From contig JBODTK010000125.1 of assembly GCA_050613775.1 (NCBI GenBank), positions 248,001 through 312,000 on the forward strand: a stretch of DNA of 64,000 bases, given 5' to 3'. The stretch is from Neocallimastix sp. 'constans' (taxonomy: Eukaryota). This document shows positions 39,155-51,441 of this stretch, piece after piece; the first letter of the stretch is position 1, and the number at the start of each line of letters is the position of its first letter. A model generated the notes under the pieces. That model saw only the letters and a program-made list of their open reading frames with translations. It had not been told where the DNA came from and did no database searches. A program made the position numbers and the translations under genes.

Positions 39155-40099
39155 AAAAAAATGTAATGAATATGTAGCATTATTTGTACTATATCTAATA
39201 TTAGATGGTATAAATAATTTTTTTTAAAAAAAATAGTTATATAGAATTTTATGTGTTATATTAGCCTAAAATTAATAAAAATATTAATTTCGGTCATAAT
39301 TAAAAAAATTATAAATAAACTATAATACCTGTTATGATTTCTATTTTCCCTTTCATTAAATATGGAAATATGATAAGTTATGAAAATTCCAGATTTAATC
39401 AAGATATATACTCAATATTTGATTCATATTTATATATACTTATTTTCCCTTCTTTTTTCTTTTTTTATTTTATAAATATTAATAAATTTAATAGATATGA
39501 TATTAAACTTATATTATTATAGTAATTTTACTAACTTACATTCATGTTTCTTCTTTTTTTTTTTCCTTTTTTTTTTTTTTTTTTTTATTTTTATTATTAT
39601 TATTATTAAATTTGTCTCAGTTTTAATAGTTTTAATAACATAATTTTATTACAAATTGTATCTACATATGACTTAAATTTATTAAAAATATTTTTATTAA
39701 TTATGAGCAATACTAAATTAAAATTATTTTTTATATTATATTTAATAAGTGCTTTTTTTTTTTTTTCTTTGTTTATATAAAAATTATATAAATATTTTTC
39801 TCCATTTATTATTTTTTAGACAAGGACAACAAATAATAACAATTTGTTTTTTTAAAAAAAATTGATTTTATTAAAAAAAAATAATAATAATATTTAATTA
39901 AATATTGCGAACTTTAATCTTTATTTATTTATTCTTATATAAAATATATGAATACTTTTAATTTTAATAAAAAATAAAAAAAACACAGAATTAATAAAAT
40001 AAATAAATATTATTTGTCTAATTTGAACATAATAATAAATAAAATAGTAACGTGAAATAAAAAGTAATAATCAAAAATAAGTGTATAAATAAATTCAAA

Positions 40100-43000
40100 A
40101 AAAAGTTCATATGCAACAAACCTCATGGATTAGGGTTTGAATTGTCTATCTGAAAGAAATTATGGTCTTAATTATTATGGTCTTCTCCTTCAGAGGCATT
40201 GGCCCTACTAGCCTGTCTTACTGCATTTTCAGCGTTGACCCCCCTGGTTAGTTTGCGCTTATACTTTCGGAATAGTAACCCTTGCCGAGTACTAGCCCAA
40301 GGCATAATTTCTGTAAAGAGAGCCGCAGATCGCACCAAGAATGGTGTTTTTGAATAATCACCAGAAATGATTTGGTTCTTAAACAAAATATTCCATTCCT
40401 TTTTATAATTTTAATCTATTTTATCTGCATCCCTTCCACCAAGAAGAAAGTTATATAATCGGCACCACGTCACATATATATTTACACACTCATTATTCAG
40501 AAAATTACTTAAATTACTACGATTTTCACCAATTGAACTATTCACTAAATTAGAAGTAACGATATTATAATTTTCACTTTTACTAATATTAATAATTCTA
40601 TTTTCACTATCACTATTTCTACTATTATTAACAATATTATTTCTATTGTTAATAATGTTAATATTATATACTTCGTTACTACTATCAGAATCAGAACTTA
40701 GTTCTATATTATTCATATCTGTGATAACAGTGGATACATTACTATTAGATATTGGACAATATTTAGAAATAATATAAAATATTTCGTAAAGAATTTCAAT
40801 ATCCTTAAAATATTTCATTCGAAATTCACGGAAAAGATAGCATTTAGAAAACCAATGTTCCAATCGAGGATTACTATTTTTTCTATAACAACAAGGATAC
40901 CTTTCAGGACAGTCTTCTTCAATCATTTTGGCGGCTTTGGCAACACGAGCATCAAATTTATATCCACATCTGGCATGAAGCACCCATCGGAAGCCAATGC
41001 TAAATTCAGGATATTTATAAGGTAGCTTAAGATACTCTCTGGTTTTCTCAAAATTATTATTTTTATAAGCCTTAGCGTTGATTGATTTTCCTACCATATC
41101 TCTATCCCAGTAAAAGTTTAAAATAGCTTTTTTTAATGGAAATTTATTTAATTTGTCAGCTAAAATTTTACTTTCTTTATCCCATGCCTGACGTCTACAA
41201 CGAGATATATCTCTAAGTAAATCAGAGATAATACATTTCCAGTTTTTCCATTTTTTAAAACACCTTACCTGAGCAATCACACATTTCGCCCAAAGAGGAG
41301 TAACGTTAAGTTCTTTAGAAACACAATAAAGGGAAGTAAAGCTATTCCCTTTAGAAAATTCTTCAATCCAGTATAATCCTGAATTAACTAGTATCTGAGT
41401 ACTTCTCGTTCTATCTTTGTTAGATCCAAGTAGAGGTGCATAATATGAAACTTGTCCAATTACTATAGCTGAAAATAACATTCTTTTATAAGGGATAGGA
41501 ATATGAGGATTCTTAAGAAATCCTTTAATGGAGTAAAGTGCATTTCTAACTTTATTATTCATTCTCTGTATGATAGGTTTCAATTCTAAATCATTTGAAA
41601 ATGGTACACCTAAGTAGATATAGCAATTCGTTTTGGTAACTCTCGACTTGAAAGATAAAAGGTAGGATTACTATTATAAAGAAATCTAGAAACTTCCCCT
41701 CGTACTACTAGACTGGCACATTTATTGATACCAAATTGCATTTCATTATTTCTAGCCCATTTACTGGCAAACTTTAACAATTTCTTAAGTTGGGATCTTG
41801 TTGGAGCACATAACACAATGTCATCTGCAAAAAGACCTCCACAGCAACGTTTATCACCAATAGAGATGCCATATTTATTACAATTATTAAAAATATCATT
41901 AATGAAAAAGTTTAACAAAATTGGTGAGAGGGGACAACCTTGACGAACTCTTTTCTTAATAATAAATGATTCCGATAATTGTCCATCAACTCTTACACAA
42001 GTCTTGGAAGATAAGTATAAATTTTCAATAAAATTATAGCACTTACCTCTAATACCTAAGTGATGAATCTTCATTAATACATTATATATGGGCACTGAGT
42101 CATACGCTTTTTTAAGGTTCAAAAAAAGCATGGTAAGTATCCTTATTTTCAAATTTCCTTCTCTGACAAATAATTCTTAATGTAGTGTAAAGACTTATAC
42201 ATTCCTCTCGATTACGAAATCCATATTGTTCAGGTCTTATAAAACCTTCATCAATTCCGTATTTAGAGATTCTATTAGCTATGATTTTTGCTATAATTTT
42301 TAATCCATTATTGATAAGAGAGATGCCACGATAGTTATTACAATCTGATGGATCGCCCTTTTTATGAATAGAAACTATTGAAGCGTTATTCCATGATTTT
42401 AGGAAATCACCATTCCAAATACGATTGATAAAGGCTTTGAGACAATTAAAGCCAGATGAAATATTACTATTATTATCATTTGATCCTTCTGAATCATCTT
42501 TACAAGGAATCGAAGCTTTGAAGAATTCCATTGGAATACCATCAGGGCCACAAGCTTTAAAGTTTGGAGTGGAGGAGATTGCTTTGCAAATTTCTTCATC
42601 GCTAATACCTTGGTTAATATCACATTCTTGTTGCCTTGGTCTTCCCAAATTCCTTAATGCATCAGAATCTTTCCAGTAATCTTTAGAAAGACTATGACCT
42701 GAAGAATCCGACCCTAAGAATTTATAATGAGAATGCCAAACTTTTAATTTTTCATCTGTAGAAGAAACAAGTTCATTATTATAATTTTTAATAGGATGAG
42801 AGACCGTGAAAGATTGATTATTTATTTTTGCATTCTTTTTAACCCATTTCCATGCTTTCCTACTATCCTTTTTAAGAGCTAACTAACATTCAATTTTAAT
42901 CCAATATAAATATTCTTTTTTCCTAAATTCGATATATTTTTATAAATTGATTCACAAAGTCTATTATACGAGTCAACTATTTTAGCAAATTCATTGGAAT

Positions 43001-44340
43001 CATTTGCAGAAACATAACGCTTAATTTGTTTGTATTTAATATGCTTTACCTTTTGAAGACAATAAATTTTTCGTGACATTCTAAACATTACTTTTCGGAT
43101 TTCTGTTGAAGATGTAATGGATAAATCCTTAGCAATGGAATTAGTAGTGCTAATGAACTTTTTAATAACACAATCTATCGAAAGACCTTCATTTCCTATT
43201 TCTTCACTAAGAACCTCAAATTTATTATGATGACATATTTCTTTCTTTTGTTAAAGACATTTATACCTATCCCATCTTACAAATTTTTTTGGTAACAAAA
43301 ATGTGTCATCTGTGGTAATTTTCTTACAATAAACTACGAGATGTTTATGATCAGATACAGAAGGATAATCAACAAAATAAGCACTAGATATTTTATTCAG
43401 AATACTTGAATTGACTAATGCATGATCAATATATGATGAATATCTACCTCTTATCCATGAAATAGGTGAACCATTAATCGGAAGAATAAACCAGTTATCA
43501 AGGTCACTATTGGATAATTTATCTTGTAAATCAGAGGTACTCATGTTAAAGTCTCCAAGAAGAATAGATGGATGATTAATGTGATTCTGAAGCCATGTGA
43601 AAACTTCTGAAAATGCATATCGGACTTGTAATGAGTGTTTCTTAGTGGGAATATAGACATTACCAACAGAACACTTAGAGTGATTCCAGAGACTATATGT
43701 TGTTAAAGAAACAAGATAAGTACAGGAATTATCTTCAAGTATTGCTTGACTACCATTACCTGTTTCCTGAAAACATAGAAATAATGGTTTTAATATTGTG
43801 TTGAAGTACTCAATACTATCTCTTTTCTTTTTGCCTTAGTTGGCAAAAAGAAAACTTTCCTGTGTTGAATATGAAAATGGATTTTGAGAATTAAGATTAG
43901 GAATATTGGGAGCAATGAGTCCGTGATTGCCATTAATAACATTTACAAAATTCGTTGAACTGAGGTTTACTGTGTTAATATCATTGGATGTGTTATTAGA
44001 TATTAATTTTTGTTTTAAATGCCAAAAAGAAACCTTATGATTCCATTTGGAACATCTACGATATGAAATTTTAACTCCTGATAGTGCATTTTTAAATACT
44101 TCTTTAAATTTTTTGTGGTTGAAATTTGGAGTGTATACTTTTATCCTGAAGAAGCTATCATTGAAATTAGTAATTCTTTTTACTGACAAAATATTATCAT
44201 TGAATTTTTTTGCATTTAGAATGAATAAATTCCTTCATTTTAGCATTAGTCCATGAGAGTATACCACGGATAAAAATCAACCCAGTGTTGTCAATAGATG
44301 TTCCATAGCAGCGAGAACCTCGGTGAAATATCTTTTCCAT
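40100..44340 (-). mobile_element. Degenerate non-LTR retrotransposon (APE endonuclease, RT, C-terminal Cys/His), with several frameshifts and stops
   Basis: APE motifs GDFNM, IDHAL and SDH. RT motifs GPDGIP, NYRGISL, QYGFR, KAYDSV, RQGCPLSP, LFADD and INKC. C-terminal C..C...H...C. Boundaries approximate. Confidence 0.9.
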
Positions 44341-45943
44341 AATTAACTAAAAACTACAATTTAAAAAAATGAAACAATGAAAACTAAAATACTAAAAAAC
44401 TAAGAAATATAGATAAAAAATATATATATATAATTAAATTGAAAAATATATATAAATAAAAAAAATAAAATAATAATAAAAATATGAAGATCCAATTTTC
44501 GTAGAGTAATTGATTAAGTTTAAATAAAATGAACAACTTAAGAATTTTGTAGTAATGAATAATATCTTTTTTCCTGTTATTTTAGTAATGAATAAACTCT
44601 TTTTTTTTTTTGTTTTGTATTTTCTGTTAACTTTTGAGTTTCTGAAATTCTAATCGATTTGTAAAGTTATGATTGATAAAATAATTTTTTCTAATATAAT
44701 CATAAATAAACTAAAATGAAAATGTAAATAATGTTAGTAGTGAAAGACTATAAAAGATTCCTATCAGTTAAATAATATCTTAAACATAAGTTTTGAAGTG
44801 AATCAATCTCCTACATTTCCATTTTGCAATAGCTACATGAAAGTATAAATAATACTATAGAAAAATACATATACAAAATAATGCTAAAGTAAAAAAAATA
44901 CAAAAGATTCATTACAATGATAATATGTAGAAACTACATGATATTATTAATTATACAACACCAATGTTACTACATATCCAGTTTAAAACAATATAAAACA
45001 TCAAGTTCACTTTCTACAGTCTTCCTGTATTCCAAATTTCTCTCTTCGTATTGAAGCCACTTTAGAAAGGATAACCATCGACTATCATCAGAATCACAGA
45101 AAGCTGTAATTAGTACACCTGATATAGGTTATTCCTTTTCCATCAACCCTCCATGGACCGATAAATAGTTCAGTATTATTATAATATTAAAGTTCGTGAC
45201 TAAATACTATCTCTGTATATTTAGATTATTTATAATCTATAACGATTTCCTCTATCTGGTTCAATATTGTTATCAAATGATTCCTTTATATATATGATCA
45301 AAATCGTCAAGTAGTAATATCATTTCTTCATTACATCTATCTTCATATAACCATTTATAATAGTTTTCTGAAATTCAAAAGGATTTTTATTAAAATTATT
45401 ATTCATAAAATTTTCAATTATTATTTATTTTTTTTATTTTGTCATTGTTAACAATATATATTTAATAACTGGACATATGTTATTATCACCTTCTATCTAT
45501 AACTAATATATTATATATTAATTTCCTATTTCTTTAAATAATTATATTAATTATACAATTAAATTTAATTCAAATAATTATTGAATTATGTATTAATAAT
45601 TTCTTTAAATTATATATATATATTTTAAAAATAAAATAAAATCCTATTTAATATAAAATAAATCATATTTTTTTTAAATTAGGATTTCATATAATTAATA
45701 AATAATTTTTTTATACAATTAACATAGAATCATATATTTTTTCTTTATTTTTTTATTTTTATTTTCATTTTTTTTTACTTAACATTGATTTAAAATACTA
45801 CATAAAAATATATTTAAAATAATTATTGTTTATTTTTTTTTTCTTTTTAAATACTAATAAAAATTTAATATATTAAAATATTTATTTTTTTAATAAAAAA
45901 AATTTTTATTCTCATGTATGATAAAGCTTTATTTAATATTTGT

Positions 45944-46627
45944 TCAAAGTAATATAAGTGATGTTAATAATATCATTCCAATAAGTGAAAAAGTAATTCT
46001 TTTTAAGGTTACAGCATCATCTTTATCATCAGATCCATTTCCAGTAATAGCATCACAAGTTTTCTTTTCATAATTTTCCTTATATTTTTGAACTACTGCA
46101 TTTAATCCTTTAGCTAAAATAGCTATAGCATCTTTAATTGAATCTTGACTCATAATACCACCTGCAATTTGCATATTAGCATTACATTTTTCATTTTTAC
46201 AGTCTTCAGCAAGAACCTTCTTTAAATCTTCTGACTCTGCTGCTTTTTCATCAGTAATTTTACTAACATTTTCAGTAATAAATTTGGCTAGAGGGCATTG
46301 TTTGTTATCACCATCAGTACCACAGAATGATAAATACAAAAGTTGTAATTTTAAAGCTGATCCTTGTGAATCGGCAGGTAATTTAGCTACACATTCAGCA
46401 CTCTTTGTCAATATCGGAACAGCATTTTTGCAATCATCGACATCTGTAAAGTTCTTACAAAAAGCTTCAACCTCTTCCTTTTTACTAAAGAGTTCTGCTG
46501 TACCTCCAAATCCTGAAGATGAAAGAGTAGTTAAACACTTACCTAAAGTACCTGCATCATCATCGGAACATTCCGCTAAAACTCTACTAGCAATAAGTAT
46601 TAACCCACCAAGAATAGAAAACTTCAT
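45944..46627 (-). CDS. Secreted Cys-rich protein, probably GPI- or tail-anchored
   Basis: Signal peptide MKFSILGGLILIASRVLA, spaced Cys residues, and a polar spacer followed by the hydrophobic C-terminus ITFSLIGMILLTSLILL. Intronless. Confidence 0.8.
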   Translation of the reverse strand: MKFSILGGLILIASRVLAECSDDDAGTLGKCLTTLSSSGFGGTAELFSKKEEVEAFCKNFTDVDDCKNAVPILTKSAECVAKLPADSQGSALKLQLLYLSFCGTDGDNKQCPLAKFITENVSKITDEKAAESEDLKKVLAEDCKNEKCNANMQIAGGIMSQDSIKDAIAILAKGLNAVVQKYKENYEKKTCDAITGNGSDDKDDAVTLKRITFSLIGMILLTSLILL

Positions 46628-47036
46628 TTTATTTATTATATTTAATTTTTTTATTTTAAAATTATTTGTTTATTATAAAAATTTTATGAAATATAAATAA
46701 TTTAAAATAGATATTAAAAATTGAAATATTTAAAAAGTTGATTCACTATCGTAATATTTATACAAATTTTTGAAATAATATTATTTAATTAAAAACTTTA
46801 AAGATTTTTTTTTTTTATTTTTAATAAATAAAAAAAAAAAAAAATAAAATAAATAAACTATACTAAAATAAAATAAAATGAATAAAATGAAATAAAAGTA
46901 AAATGAATATAATAAAAATAAAATCTAAATTTAATTTAGATTTTATTATTAATTTTAAATAGTATTTATTTTACAAAAAATAGAATTCTTTCTTAAAAAG
47001 ATTTTTCTAGTATATTTTTTTTAATGTCATGATATT

Positions 47037-47071
<35 letters not shown>

Positions 47072-48322
47072 AAATTAAAATTTATTAAATTATTATAATA
47101 AATATATTTATTTGTTTTTTCCCTTTAAATGATAAATGAAAAATAATATATTTATATGATATTATTTATTTTTCAGGTAATTCAAAAAAAAAAAAAAAAA
47201 AAAAAAAAAAATAAAAATAAATTATTAAATAGTCAATTATGACCTAATTAAAATTCTTTAAATATTTTATTTTTAATGAATCTTTTGTTAATATTTTCTA
47301 AAAATTATTTATTTGTGTATTTTTATTTTAAATATATACATAAATATTTTATATGTATAATGGTTGTTTTAAATACATTAAATTTTTATTCACATAACAT
47401 CTTAAATTTTACATATATTAAAGTTGAATATTTATAAATTACTATTCATTAAAATTACAAATAAATTATAATGGATAAAAAAAAAATTATGCTCAATATT
47501 TATATTAATTAAAATTACTTAATGATACCTCTATTAAAGGTAATTTCTTATATTTGACATTTTAAAGTTTAATAAAATATATATATATATACTATATTAC
47601 TTATATTATTATTAAAAAGTAATTACATTACAAATCATTAATATATATAAAAAAAGAATCCACATACTATGTATTTTATTTGTAAATAACATATACTTTT
47701 TTTTTTAAAAAAATTTTAATATTATATATATCTTAATTTAAATAATTCAATTTTTTTGTTTTTACGTATTTTAATTAAAACGTATAAATAAAAATATATA
47801 CTTAACATTATAGTTAAGTATATTTTAACTTAAAAAATATTTAATAATATATTTAATTTATAATATAATGATAATCCATTCAGTATAAATAAAAAATTAA
47901 TAATTATTATAATATATTTTATAAAATATATTATAATAATTTTTTATAAAGGAACCACATTATTATTTTTTTTTTTTGTTACTATTGTAATATCGAAATT
48001 TTTTAAGCTAATTTTATAAAAATTAAAAATTATTAATTAATCTTCTAATTTATATATTTATAATTTATATAAAAAGAATTAAAATGATATATATTATGAT
48101 AAATTAATACAATAGTTTTCTATACTTATTAAAATAATTAAAATTGAAATAGAATATTTATTCTTTTTGCTTAAATATATTTTCTTTATTTAATTACATA
48201 CTATTAAATTATTATTTTTATATTAAATATAACTTTCTAATAGTTATTATCAATTCTATAATATAAATGAATATTGAGGTAACATTTTTATAAAAGTTAA
48301 CATATATTATATTTTTTCTTCA

Positions 48323-48356
<34 letters not shown>

Positions 48357-49540
48357 TTAAAATTAAAGTAATAATTAATAATCAATATATTATAAATTAT
48401 AATTTGATAATAAAATATTTTAAAATATTTATTTAATATATTAAATATTACATTAAATATTAAAATACCTAAATAAATGTACTTCGCATTTATAAAATCT
48501 TGAAAAATATTCTAGTTTTTTAATCCCTTTTTTTTAAAAATTTTGATAATTAATTTTAATTTTTTAAATTTTTTTATCATATTATTTATTATTTTTATTT
48601 TTATTATTATTATTATTATTATTATTTAAAGTAAAGAAATATTTTACTTAGCAATATAAATTGTTATATGTATGTTAATGAATTTATTTATAATTGTATC
48701 AATGGAATTTGTTTTATATATAAATAAAAAAAAAAGATAATTAACATTTACATAATTTTTAATATATCTCTATTTTTATAAAGTTCAAATATTATATATA
48801 TATATTTTTAATATATATTTATAATTTTTTCTTAATAATATATATTATTATATTTTATTGATTTAAAGTATTAATCAAAAAATAAATATAAAATTGAACA
48901 ACTAATAAATCGAACAATAAACAAATAAATATGCAACTGAAACAAAGTTAAAAAAAAAAAAAATTAACTTTTTATCTAAATTTTCTAAATTACATTTTTT
49001 TTTTAAACTAGGATTAAAATAAAATATAGAACTTTTGATTTAATATATATTAAAAGAAAATGGTACTTTATTAATAAATATTAATATAAATTAAAACAAA
49101 ATACATTGCATATAAATATAAACAAACAAATAAAAACAACAAATTACAATCATTTATTTAAAAAATTATTGAAGTTCTACATTATTTATTGATAGAATTT
49201 CATATAGTTAAAAAAAAAATAGTAATTGAAATTCTATGTTTAAATTTATTATTTTATATTTTTTTTTTTAACTTAATAGATTATTAATTAAGGTAATTAA
49301 GGTATTTTATATGTAAATATATATAATATTTTCTATAAATTATTTATTTTAAATTAATTATTAATAAAACATATTGATAATAATTATGAATTAATATGTT
49401 AATATGAATAAAAAAGAAGATTATAATAAACTATAAAATATAAAATATTAAAACTATTTGTATTAATTATTTAATTATTTATTAAAATATAAATATAAAT
49501 TTTATTTAAATAAATAAATCTTATTCATTTATTTTTAAAA

Positions 49541-49850
49541 AACTTTATAATTTTATATAAAGTTTTAATTTTTTTTATTTCAAACTTTATTTTCATCCAT
49601 TATTTCTTTCTTTAAATATACTTATTTAATAAAAATAGATAAAGGTAGCTTAAATTTAATTTTAAAGAAGAGTTAATCAATTCATTTATTATTAAAAAAA
49701 AAAAAAAAAAAAACTTTAAAATTTTATATAAAGTTTTAATTTTTTTTATTTCAAACTTTATTTTCATCTATTTTTTCTTTATTTAAATATATTTATTTAA
49801 TAAAAATATATAAAGGTAGCTTAAATTTAATTATAAAGAAGAATTAATCA
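49541..49850. repeat. Imperfect tandem duplication (~170-bp period)
   Basis: aacttta.aattttatataaagttttaa...caaactttattttcatc...taaaggtagcttaaatttaa occurs from ~49541 and again from ~49712. Confidence 0.8.
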
Positions 49851-50108
49851 AACCATTAACTAATTAATAAAAATTTATTAAACATTTCAAATAGAAGTGA
49901 AAATCACAAAATTCTTTAAAGAGCACCACAAAACTATGTATTTTTCTATTTATTTTATTTTTTATTTTTATATTAAATTTAATAAATAATAGATTATTTT
50001 TATTTTATTACATATATATTTTTAAATTTTCTTCTTTAAATATAAAATTTTTTTTTTCTTATTCATATATATATATTATTATTATTTTATAATCAAATCT
50101 ATTGATTA

Positions 50109-50308
50109 TGTTAAAAATAAAGTTCAAATAGTATAGTAATTTATATTATATATATTTAAATCTCTATGTATGTATGTATGTATGTGGCTTAATACATATA
50201 ATATTAATATGAAGTTATTGTGTAATTGATGTAGTAAAAAACTAATACATGTAATTAGTATAAAATAAAATAATAATTTAATAATTAAATAAAATAGAAC
50301 TTAAATAA

Positions 50309-50351
<43 letters not shown>

Positions 50352-50377
50352 AAATAAAATAAAAATAAAAAACAAAA
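50109..50377 (+). repeat. Copia-2 5' LTR
   Basis: TGTTAAAA...ACAAAA, repeated at 55990. Confidence 0.9.
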
Positions 50378-50392
50378 GATTAAGAGTCTCAT
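50377..50392 (+). promoter_or_regulatory. Copia-2 PBS (A)GATTAAGAGTCTCAT
   Basis: Abuts the LTR. Its reverse complement ATGAGACTCTTAATCT matches the eukaryotic tRNA-Lys(CTT) anticodon arm as recalled. Confidence 0.8.
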
Positions 50393-50400
50393 TAGCAGTA

Positions 50401-51441
50401 ATGAGTGAAAAAAGGAATATAACGAATACTGTTGAAGAAACAGTAAATACATTAAACCAAATAAATACAGTAAACATAGCAAATAAACCAACTACTACAA
50501 AACACCTATTAACATCAAATAACTACAGACTATGGTTAACGGATATGGATCTTTTATTAGTTATTAATGATGTTGATGACTATGTTTACGAAGAAAAGAT
50601 AAAAGTTATAAAGAAAAACAAAATAGCTAAAGAAAATCTAAAGAAATATAAAAAGGTTAGAGGTTGTGATGAATTATATTATGAAAAAGACGTCACAAAA
50701 GAAATGATAAAGCTAGATTCTTTAGCTAAGCATCTGATAAACAATAGCATATCAGATGAAATCAAAATTAAATTAGATTTTCAAAGATCTAGTGCCTATC
50801 AAATTTGGAACATTTTAAAAGCAAGTAATACTAGATCAAATGAAGAAAGGAAATTAGAATTAAAAAATAAGTTAAAGAATATGAAATATAACAAAGAAAA
50901 TGATATTTCATTATTTATTGAAGAAATGAACAACATTTTCAATGAATTAAGTAGTCTTGAAATGGAAATCAGCGATGAGAAGAAATTTGAATATCTTTAT
51001 CTCGCTCTTCCATATGAAATAACATTGGAAGTTAACATAATGGACCACGATGGGAAATGGGAAGATGTTACCAAATGTCTAAAAAAGAAGGTCCCTAAGC
51101 TAAAATATCTTAAGGAACTTAGAAAAGAAAATAACCACAAGAATAATACAGTAATAAACGTTAACTCAATGACCAAGAAAAATAGATTCACACCAAGAAA
51201 CAACAGAGGAAGAAAAAGATGTTATATATGTAACAAGCTAGGACATATAGCACGGGACTGTTGGCATAATGAGAAGAACAAAAGAAAAAAGAACAATAAT
51301 ATCAAAGCCAACAACGCAAGTATAAACAAAGAGGATGGGTATTGCGAATTTGCTGATGCTCAAATAAGCCTCGAAGATTACAATTCAGATGAAGATATCC
51401 AATCCTCATACTCCGTTCGACCGAGGCGTGGACGCTACTAA
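50401..51441 (+). CDS. Copia-2 gag (UBN2-like, CCHC knuckle)
   Basis: Motifs LTSNNYRLW and CYICNKLGHIARDC. Stop TAA at 51439-51441. Confidence 0.92.
   Translation: MSEKRNITNTVEETVNTLNQINTVNIANKPTTTKHLLTSNNYRLWLTDMDLLLVINDVDDYVYEEKIKVIKKNKIAKENLKKYKKVRGCDELYYEKDVTKEMIKLDSLAKHLINNSISDEIKIKLDFQRSSAYQIWNILKASNTRSNEERKLELKNKLKNMKYNKENDISLFIEEMNNIFNELSSLEMEISDEKKFEYLYLALPYEITLEVNIMDHDGKWEDVTKCLKKKVPKLKYLKELRKENNHKNNTVINVNSMTKKNRFTPRNNRGRKRCYICNKLGHIARDCWHNEKNKRKKNNNIKANNASINKEDGYCEFADAQISLEDYNSDEDIQSSYSVRPRRGRY

Noticed and set aside
46917..46947. Perfect 15-bp-arm palindrome (similar one at 10907-10950)
   Set aside because: Almost entirely A/T in very AT-rich DNA, with no supporting context.
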